Positions 1 to 6,325 of a stretch of 12,225 bases of DNA are shown piece after piece. The notes beneath the pieces are model-generated. The model had not been told where the DNA came from. It searched no databases and saw only the letters and a list, made by a program, of their open reading frames with translations. Position numbers and translations under genes: made by a program. Positions within the stretch are counted from its first letter, which is position 1. Every line of letters begins with the position of its first letter. Source of the stretch: Bacteriovoracaceae bacterium (GTDB lineage: Bacteria; Bdellovibrionota; Bacteriovoracia; Bacteriovoracales; Bacteriovoracaceae); contig JBFGZE010000092.1 of assembly GCA_041586955.1 (NCBI GenBank), positions 1-12,225 of the forward strand. The letters run 5' to 3'.

Positions 1-346
1 CTGATGCGCCCTCAATAGTACCTCTTAAAAAACCTTTTTTATGATCATCCATGACTATAACTTCTTTATAGATCATTGGGAAAAGATTAATTCTCTTTTC
101 CTGTGTCATAAACAAAAGAAAAGATTTCGTCATTGCACTTAGATTCATCTTGCCGATGACCTGGCCAAGAATATCCGTTTTTTCCTCAACGGTAAAAACG
201 TCTAAAAATAACAATGTTTCGAAATCATTATTTTCGTTAATCACCTCTGTTAGCTGCGTAAGCTCATCAGCAATCTTAATATTTTGCTCTTCGCCTAGCT
301 GAAAAATGGACTGAGCGTATGCTCTAGCTATCTTTTGCTCTTTCAT
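1..346 (-). CDS. atpH: F0F1 ATP synthase subunit delta, 5' part (runs off the window edge)
   Basis: Not in the ORF track. Manual translation from ATG at 346 gives MKEQKIARAYAQSIFQLGEEQNIKIADELTQLTEVINENNDFETLLFLDVFTVEEKTDILGQVIGKMNLSAMTKSFLLFMTQEKRINLFPMIYKEV..., open to the edge. It has the delta/OSCP-type 'ARxYAxxxF' N-terminus, a GGAG SD at 358-361, and lies directly after atpF. Confidence 0.93.
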   Translation of the reverse strand, partial: MKEQKIARAYAQSIFQLGEEQNIKIADELTQLTEVINENNDFETLLFLDVFTVEEKTDILGQVIGKMNLSAMTKSFLLFMTQEKRINLFPMIYKEVIVMDDHKKGFLRGTIEGAS

Positions 347-364
347 CGCGAACGTTACTCCAAT

Positions 365-901
365 TTATAAACGGGAAACGAGATTTTTAGTGGCCTTGTC
401 TTGAAATTGACCATTATCTTTAATCGTTTGTTTTGTTTTATCTATCACTAAGTCAATTAGAGCTGAATTCATTTCATTAACAAGAATATTCTTTTCATAA
501 TCTAATTTTAAATCTGAATCTCTTTTAAACTTAGCAATCATTTCATCAGTTTCTCTTTCCTGATACTTATTAAATGCTTGCATTTGCTCTTGAGTGTTAG
601 TCAAAATCTTTTGGCAATCCTGATCAACATTTTCAATTTTTTGCTTGAGACTATTAAGCTTTACCGTTGCCTCTTTATCTTTTTCCTCAGCATACTTATA
701 TGTTTTCTCAACGTCTTCAGCGTTTTTATTAAACATATTCGCCACTGGCTTTTTTAACTTCCAACCAAGGAATGAAAATAAAAGAATAAAGTTTATTGCT
801 GGATAGACAAGGTCACTCACATGACCTGCCGCTTTCTCAGAACCAGCAGCAAGAATAATATTTGAAGATAATATCGTTAAGATGATAAATAATTTAGTCA
901 T
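365..901 (-). CDS. atpF: F0F1 ATP synthase subunit b
   Basis: Signal-like N-terminus, a membrane anchor (YPAINFILLFSFLGWKLKKP), then a long charged coiled coil. Sits between b' and delta. Confidence 0.85.
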   Translation of the reverse strand: MTKLFIILTILSSNIILAAGSEKAAGHVSDLVYPAINFILLFSFLGWKLKKPVANMFNKNAEDVEKTYKYAEEKDKEATVKLNSLKQKIENVDQDCQKILTNTQEQMQAFNKYQERETDEMIAKFKRDSDLKLDYEKNILVNEMNSALIDLVIDKTKQTIKDNGQFQDKATKNLVSRL

Positions 902-913
902 AATAATAGATCC

Positions 914-1357
914 TTATTGAACAATCTTTTCAACGAGTTCTTTAGATAAGTTATCAGAGCTTTTAAGAACTTCAGCTTTCAGCTGCTCTAATTCTTGCTC
1001 AATAACTTTTCTCTTTTCATCTGATTCGTTAACAATCTGCTCTTCGAATTTCTTAAAACGAGCTTTTCCCTCTTTAAGAACTTCTTGTCTATTATTTGAC
1101 ATTATTTCTTGAGCTTTCTCATTGGCCTCTTTAATTCTTAAATTATAATTGGCCATAAGGTTTTCAAACTCTTTGAGTTTGCCATCAGCTACTTCGTCTA
1201 GTTTAGTTGTTTTACCTTCACGTGTTTCTAAGACAAACTGGAGCTTAGAGAACAAAGTCACGTTCAGAATATTAAACAGAACTAAAAACACAATAAACTG
1301 ATAGTAGATTGAACTATCCACGCCTAATTGATTAAAAATCGCTACGATCTGATCCAT
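914..1357 (-). CDS. F0F1 ATP synthase subunit b' (second b-type subunit)
   Basis: Single TM helix (YYQFIVFLVLFNILNVTLFSKL), 'VLETREGKT' motif, then coiled coil. GGAG SD upstream at 1367-1370. Tandem b'/b pair before atpH. Confidence 0.83.
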   Translation of the reverse strand: MDQIVAIFNQLGVDSSIYYQFIVFLVLFNILNVTLFSKLQFVLETREGKTTKLDEVADGKLKEFENLMANYNLRIKEANEKAQEIMSNNRQEVLKEGKARFKKFEEQIVNESDEKRKVIEQELEQLKAEVLKSSDNLSKELVEKIVQ

Positions 1358-1395
1358 TAATGCTAACTCCCAAGGGACTTATGATTTTGAAACTT

Positions 1396-1425
1396 ATGAA
1401 TAATCTCTGCTCAAGCTTTTGTCAA
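1396..1425 (-). promoter_or_regulatory. Putative sigma70 promoter for the atpF'-atpF-atpH operon
   Basis: Perfect TTGACA (1425-1420), 17-bp spacer, then TATTCA(T), about 40 bp before the b' ATG. The -10 element is imperfect. Confidence 0.45.
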
Positions 1426-1490
1426 AGCCAATTTGTCTAAATTACAGTTTCAATTAATTATTTCTGTGCAAAACAGCATTTGTTTGGCCA

Positions 1491-1820
1491 CTATTCCATC
1501 ATTCTTGTTGTGCCATGAAAGATAACACCCTCTTCCACAATTAAGGATGGTGTTGTAATTGTCCCTTCAAACCTTGCAGGCTTGATAATCTCTACGCGAG
1601 ACGTTGCTTTTATACTTCCAGTAACCGTACCTGAGATTAAGATCACGTCTGCATTGATATCGGCCTCTACAACCGCACCCTCTGAAACAATGACTGTGTC
1701 ATTTGAAAAAATACTACCGACAACCTCTCCCGCAATTCTCGCGACACCAGAAAAAGATAAGTTACCCTCAAAGCGGCAACCTTCTTCAATAATTGCAGAT
1801 ATTTCTTCTCTTCTATTCAT
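1491..1820 (-). CDS. Bactofilin (polymer-forming cytoskeletal protein, DUF583/CcmA family)
   Basis: Beta-helix repeat pattern (IIEEGCRFEGNL...RIAGEVVGSI...VIVSEGAVVEADINADVILISGTVTGSIKA...FEGTITTPSLIVEEGVIFHG). Essentially the core domain only, directly downstream of parB. Confidence 0.93.
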   Translation of the reverse strand: MNRREEISAIIEEGCRFEGNLSFSGVARIAGEVVGSIFSNDTVIVSEGAVVEADINADVILISGTVTGSIKATSRVEIIKPARFEGTITTPSLIVEEGVIFHGTTRMME

Positions 1821-1823
1821 GCT

Positions 1824-1885
1824 CGGTCCTATGGGGGCAAATTAAATGGTCCTATGGGGGCAGAAAAAGTGGTCCTATGGGACCA
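1824..1885 (+). repeat. Array 1 of 16-bp pseudo-palindromic motif, 3 copies, 23-bp period
   Basis: CGGTCCTATGGGGGCA (1824-1839), TGGTCCTATGGGGGCA (1847-1862) and TGGTCCTATGGGACCA (1870-1885), with 7-bp A/T-rich spacers. Occupies 62 of the 65 bp between parB and the bactofilin gene. Confidence 0.95.
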
Positions 1886-2812
1886 TTATCTGTCTAATAG
1901 GTACTCATAAACATCATTAAACTCGGCTTCATTTCCGTATTTAATAATAATTTGCCCTGCGCCTGCGCTTTTCTGAGCGATTTTAAAATGAAAGCCTGTC
2001 TGTTTTTCTAATTTCTCTCTAAAGACATTTAATCTTTCATCTTGATCAAAACTAGGTGCTTTCTCTTCTTTAACTTTACGATTCGATTTTATTAATTTTT
2101 CTAGTTCTCGTACTGATAATTGCTTATCAATGGCCTCGTTGGCCAAGCGAATTGCGCGCTCTCTTTCTTTAACTCCGGCCAAAATTTTTGCGTGGCCAAA
2201 TGTTAAGAGATCTTTTTGAACTTGATCGACAACCTGACGTGGTAATTTCAATATCCGTAAAAAATTAGCAATAGATGACCTTTCCTTCCCTAATTTCTTT
2301 GCGACCTCTTCTTGAGTTAAATGGAATTCATCCATCAATTGATAATAAGCTAACGCCTCTTCGATACAATTAAGATCTGAGCGTTGAATATTTTCAATAA
2401 TAGACATGACCATTTTATCTTTGTCAGTACCGCGTTTAATGACGACTGGTACCTTTGTTAATCCGGCCTTCTTAGCTGCTCTTAAGCGCCTCTCTCCTGC
2501 AATTAAATCGAAAACCCCATTATTGGCCTGGCCTACAATTAATGGCTGGATAATGCCATTTTCTATAATCGATTGCGATAGCTCTTCTAGCTCTTTATCT
2601 TTAAAAATTTTACGCGGTTGATTCGGATTTGTTTTAATTTGATCGACACTAATTAAGTAAGGAGCGCTTTCTTCTTTAGGTTGCTCTTTCACAACTTCTT
2701 TTTTCGCTGGTGTCGTGCTGATATCATTTTTTAACTTTTTTGCTAGTATTTCATTGGGCGTTTCTTGAATTAAAGATGCAATACCCTTACCTAATGCCAT
2801 TTTTTTAGCCAT
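1886..2812 (-). CDS. parB: Chromosome partitioning CTPase ParB (Spo0J family)
   Basis: N-terminal ParA-interacting LGKGIASLI, NPNQPRK, IAGERRLRAA arginine patch, IENIQRSDL, and HTH TQEEVAKKLGKERSSIANFLR. Confidence 0.97.
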   Translation of the reverse strand: MAKKMALGKGIASLIQETPNEILAKKLKNDISTTPAKKEVVKEQPKEESAPYLISVDQIKTNPNQPRKIFKDKELEELSQSIIENGIIQPLIVGQANNGVFDLIAGERRLRAAKKAGLTKVPVVIKRGTDKDKMVMSIIENIQRSDLNCIEEALAYYQLMDEFHLTQEEVAKKLGKERSSIANFLRILKLPRQVVDQVQKDLLTFGHAKILAGVKERERAIRLANEAIDKQLSVRELEKLIKSNRKVKEEKAPSFDQDERLNVFREKLEKQTGFHFKIAQKSAGAGQIIIKYGNEAEFNDVYEYLLDR

Positions 2813-2835
2813 TTTATTCCTCTCAAAAATTTTTT

Positions 2836-3696
2836 CTAGATTGTCGTTTCTTGAACATGCGATTCATCAATATCCAAACTCTTTGGCACTATTGGTATCT
2901 CGCTCTTTTGCTCTAGGGCCTGAGTTTGCGCTCGCTCCCTTATAATTACTTCTTTGGCCAAATTCAAATAGGCAGAACTTCCTCTCGACTCGATATCATA
3001 GAGAATTATAGGTTTACCAAAACTAGGACTTTCAGAGAGTTTTACATTTCTTGGAATAACTGTTTCAAAAACTTTATCCCCAAAGTGACGTCTAATTTCC
3101 TGGGCGACCTGCTTATGCAAGCTAGTTCGCGCATCAAACATCGTAAGAAGAATTCCCTGCATTTCAAGCTTCGGGTTTAGGTTGGCCTGAACCAATTTTA
3201 CCGTTTGAAGCAATTGTGCCAATCCTTCCATTGCGTAGTATTCGGTTTGAAGGGGAACAATGATTCCGTGAGCACAATTAAAAGCATTCAAAGTCAGAAG
3301 GCCAAGTGAGGGCGCACAGTCGATTATAATATAGTCGTATTCGTCCATAATTGGCGCTAGGGCCGCTTTTAACTTGCTTTCCCTCGCCATGATACTCACA
3401 AGCTCAATTTCGGCGCCTATCAGGTTATTATCGGCTGGACAAACATCAAAATTTGGAAGCTCGGTGGGATAAATTACCTCTTTAAGGGATACTTGCCCAA
3501 TAATAGCGTGGTAAATATTCTTATCTGCAAAATCGTCTTTATTGAGACCAACACCCACACTGGCGTTTCCTTGCGGATCAAGATCCAATAGTAGAGTTCT
3601 TTTCTCGGCTACTGCTAGACACGCCGCAAGATTAATGGATGACGTGGTCTTCCCGACTCCGCCTTTTTGATTGGCCATCGCAATAATTTTAGCCAT
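2836..3696 (-). CDS. parA: Chromosome partitioning ATPase ParA (Soj)
   Basis: Deviant Walker A NQKGGVGKTT, DLDPQGNAS, YIIIDCAPSLG, IPRNVKLSESPSFGKP. AAGGGGG SD upstream. Confidence 0.97.
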   Translation of the reverse strand: MAKIIAMANQKGGVGKTTSSINLAACLAVAEKRTLLLDLDPQGNASVGVGLNKDDFADKNIYHAIIGQVSLKEVIYPTELPNFDVCPADNNLIGAEIELVSIMARESKLKAALAPIMDEYDYIIIDCAPSLGLLTLNAFNCAHGIIVPLQTEYYAMEGLAQLLQTVKLVQANLNPKLEMQGILLTMFDARTSLHKQVAQEIRRHFGDKVFETVIPRNVKLSESPSFGKPIILYDIESRGSSAYLNLAKEVIIRERAQTQALEQKSEIPIVPKSLDIDESHVQETTI

Positions 3697-3730
3697 TTAT
3701 CCCCCTTGGATACACTCTTTAGATCTAAAA

Positions 3731-3759
3731 AAGTTAAAGGATGTTGGAAACTTTGACAA
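3731..3759 (-). promoter_or_regulatory. Putative sigma70 promoter for parA-parB, in the 3' end of rsmG
   Basis: TTGTCA (3759-3754), 17-bp spacer, TAACTT (3736-3731), about 35 bp upstream of the parA ATG. Confidence 0.45.
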
Positions 3760-4369
3760 GGTTTTTATCAAAAGAATTTGTTCCACGTGGAACTTTTTTT
3801 GAGCGATACAAAAGAATGTTTCGGCCTATGGCACCCTCTAGGTTGACAGGCCTATTTAAGATCTGTTCCCATCCTGGAATTCCATCTGTTTGCTCCTGCT
3901 CTTCGACATTGGGACCTTTATAGAACAAAACATAAGTCTCCTCTAATGCATTTATTTTTTCTAGGTAAACCGGTATCTTGCCCACGGCCTTAAGGGTAAT
4001 GAAGGCCTTACGGTCAAACAGTATTTCCTCTGAACGCTTATGATATGTTTGGACATTGGTAAGGTTCATTTGCTTGGCTATTTCCTGCACGGCCTCAGCT
4101 TTTTTTCGGCGAGCTTCAAGACCAATTAATTTTTTGCTTGGAAAAAAAGTGGCAAGAGGAAGTAGAGGAAAACCTCCACCAAAACCAATATCGCAAATTA
4201 AATCAATATCCTTAATTATGTTCATCAATTCAGGCAATGCCTTAAACGGAAGTAAGCTATCTTCATATTGCTTTAATTGAAATTCATGCGGGTCCAATAT
4301 CCGAGTGAGATTTAGGCCATAAAAGTCTGTTGTGATTATTTTTAAATAAGCTTCAGAAAAGTTTTTCAT
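3734..4369 (-). CDS. rsmG: 16S rRNA m7G527 methyltransferase RsmG (GidB), divergent
   Basis: N-terminal NLTRI, SAM motif DIGFGGGFP, GLEARRKK, YKG. Lies between mnmG and parA, and its start overlaps the mnmG stop (TAATG). Confidence 0.92.
   Translation of the reverse strand: MKNFSEAYLKIITTDFYGLNLTRILDPHEFQLKQYEDSLLPFKALPELMNIIKDIDLICDIGFGGGFPLLPLATFFPSKKLIGLEARRKKAEAVQEIAKQMNLTNVQTYHKRSEEILFDRKAFITLKAVGKIPVYLEKINALEETYVLFYKGPNVEEQEQTDGIPGWEQILNRPVNLEGAIGRNILLYRSKKVPRGTNSFDKNLVKVSNIL
3779..3794. promoter_or_regulatory. parS site (inside rsmG)
   Basis: TGTTCCACGTGGAACT, 15/16 match to the canonical TGTTCCACGTGGAACA. Encodes VPRGT in the RsmG C-terminal tail. Confidence 0.92.
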
Positions 4370-6228
4370 TAATTTATGATTCCTGCAATATATGCCAAGG
4401 TAGATGGCCTAATCCCTGAGATACGGTTAATCTGACCGAAGGTTTCCGGCTTAATGGCCTCTATCCTCTGGCGGCACTCATTTGAGATACTTGCGTTGGC
4501 AACTAAGACCTTCCATTGTATGCGCTTTTTTTCGAGTTTTTCAAAACGCCTAGTCTCTGCCATAGCACGGTTTACATAGCCTTCATATTTGAGAGTAATG
4601 GCCGCTGCTTTTATTGATGGCCATTCAAAGTCAAGCCCAAAGCGCCTTAATTCCCTACTCAAGGTATCCACTGGATCGAGATGAGATCGCTTAATGAGTT
4701 CGGCCAGACTGATATTGGTAACAAGGTCACCATAGGAACTCTTAATGAAATAATCTTTTTGGTCCGTGGTGTTTTTATAAATATAATTGCGTGCTAAAGA
4801 GACACAAAGGTTAAATTCATCCAATACTTGTGAGTTAAAGCGGTCAATCGGGAGATTTAACCCCAATTCCTTTCTATAAGGGGCCATTCTTAAGACCGAA
4901 TTATCTTCCCGAATATAGAGGCGATTTTCGGAACGGGCGGTAAATAAGCGATATGGTTCATCTCGCCGGTCAGAAACTAAATCCTCTATCATAACACCGA
5001 TGTAGCTTTCATTGCGGCTTAAAACAAGGGTTTCTCGCCCTAAGGTTGCCAAAGCAGCATTGGCCCCGGCGATAAAGCCCTGCCCTGCCGCTTCTTCATA
5101 GCCAGATGTACCATTTACTTGTCCAGCAAAGTACAAACCACTCACAATATTGCTTTCTAGCCCCAGGTTTAACTCTGCTGTGTCGACAACATCATATTCA
5201 ACGGCGTATCCGTACTGGAGTATTTCAGCGTTTTCAAGCCCGGGAATTGTTCTAATAAAATCAAGCTGTGTTTCTCGAGGTAAACTTGTGCTAATACCAT
5301 TTGGATAGATGGAATCGCGATTTAGACCCTCTGGTTCAACAAAAACATGATGAGAATCTCTGTCTAGATAACGAAAGGCCTTATCCTCAATGGACGGGCA
5401 ATACCGCGGCCCTATTCCCGTGATCTGGCCATTATACATAGGGCTTTTCTCTTTATTTTCCCGGATAATTTTTAGTGTTTTCTCATTTGTGTTGGTTATA
5501 TAGCAAGAAACCTGCTCAATATAGCGCTTATGGCGAGGATGGGCCCAATGGAAATTCTCTGTTCGTTCATCACTTTTCTGCTCAACCATTACCTTGAAAT
5601 CGATTGTATTTTTATCTAGTCTAGCAGGTGTGCCCGTTTTAAAACGTACTTTAAGGCAAGGTATCTTCGTGAAGATTTCACTTAAGCTTGGTGCTTTTTC
5701 ACAATCAATTCGCCCACCGGCGGCGACATCTGAACCGCAATGGAGCTTACCATTGAGAAATGTCCCCGTAGTTACAATCACTCTTGATGATGTTATTATT
5801 AATCCCGTTTCCGTGGTAACTTGAAAACGATCCCCTTCTTTTTCTACTCGCAAGACTTTTTCTTGAATAATTTCTAGATTCTTAACCTTTTCTAGCATTT
5901 CAGTCGCAACGCGAGAGTATTCATCTTTATCTACTTGTACCCTGGTGCTTTGGACTGCATGCCCTTTGGATTCATTAAGGATTCTATATTGGATCGCTGA
6001 TTGATCTGCAACTTGCGGCATAAATCCACCAAGTGCGTCTAGCTCTCTAACAACCTGACCTTTACCTACTCCACCAATTGATGGATTACAGGGCGTAGAT
6101 GCAATACTTACCCCTGGCATCGTAATGAGTGCGACTTCAAGGTCAAACTGAGTGGCAATCCAGGCAGCTTCAGCCCCGGCGTGCCCAGCGCCAATAATAC
6201 AAATATCTATTGCTTTATTCTTTTTCAT
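4369..6228 (-). CDS. mnmG: tRNA U34 carboxymethylaminomethyl modification enzyme MnmG (GidA)
   Basis: FAD motif [76 protein letters not shown]. Confidence 0.98.
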   Translation of the reverse strand: MKKNKAIDICIIGAGHAGAEAAWIATQFDLEVALITMPGVSIASTPCNPSIGGVGKGQVVRELDALGGFMPQVADQSAIQYRILNESKGHAVQSTRVQVDKDEYSRVATEMLEKVKNLEIIQEKVLRVEKEGDRFQVTTETGLIITSSRVIVTTGTFLNGKLHCGSDVAAGGRIDCEKAPSLSEIFTKIPCLKVRFKTGTPARLDKNTIDFKVMVEQKSDERTENFHWAHPRHKRYIEQVSCYITNTNEKTLKIIRENKEKSPMYNGQITGIGPRYCPSIEDKAFRYLDRDSHHVFVEPEGLNRDSIYPNGISTSLPRETQLDFIRTIPGLENAEILQYGYAVEYDVVDTAELNLGLESNIVSGLYFAGQVNGTSGYEEAAGQGFIAGANAALATLGRETLVLSRNESYIGVMIEDLVSDRRDEPYRLFTARSENRLYIREDNSVLRMAPYRKELGLNLPIDRFNSQVLDEFNLCVSLARNYIYKNTTDQKDYFIKSSYGDLVTNISLAELIKRSHLDPVDTLSRELRRFGLDFEWPSIKAAAITLKYEGYVNRAMAETRRFEKLEKKRIQWKVLVANASISNECRQRIEAIKPETFGQINRISGIRPSTLAYIAGIIN

Positions 6229-6231
6229 ATA

Positions 6232-6247
6232 TGTTCCACGTGGAACT
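6232..6247. promoter_or_regulatory. parS site
   Basis: TGTTCCACGTGGAACT (15/16), separated from the mnmG ATG by only 3 bp. Confidence 0.92.
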
Positions 6248-6258
6248 TTTAACGTAAT

Positions 6259-6274
6259 TGTTCCATGTGGAACA
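6259..6274. promoter_or_regulatory. parS site
   Basis: TGTTCCATGTGGAACA (15/16). Dyad symmetry extends to 24 bp (TAATTGTTCCATGTGGAACAATTA, 6255-6278). Confidence 0.9.
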
Positions 6275-6295
6275 ATTAAAGGATAATTTAAAATA

Positions 6296-6323
6296 AGTCT
6301 AGATAAATATAACTATTTGTAAA
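6296..6323 (-). promoter_or_regulatory. Putative sigma70 promoter for mnmG-rsmG-parAB
   Basis: TTTACA (6323-6318), 16-bp spacer, TAGACT (6301-6296), in the AT-rich mnmE-mnmG gap. Confidence 0.45.
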
Positions 6324-6325
6324 CA

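Noticed and set aside
1824..1885. Mini CRISPR array interpretation of the repeat arrays (also 6590-6704)
   Set aside because: Repeats are 16 bp with 7-11 bp spacers, far too short. There are no cas genes or leader, and one array is inside a CDS.
3821..3836. Possible degenerate ninth copy of the 16-bp motif (TCGGCCTATGGCACCC) in rsmG
   Set aside because: Only 12/16 to the nearest copy and isolated, so it could be chance. Needs PWM scoring.
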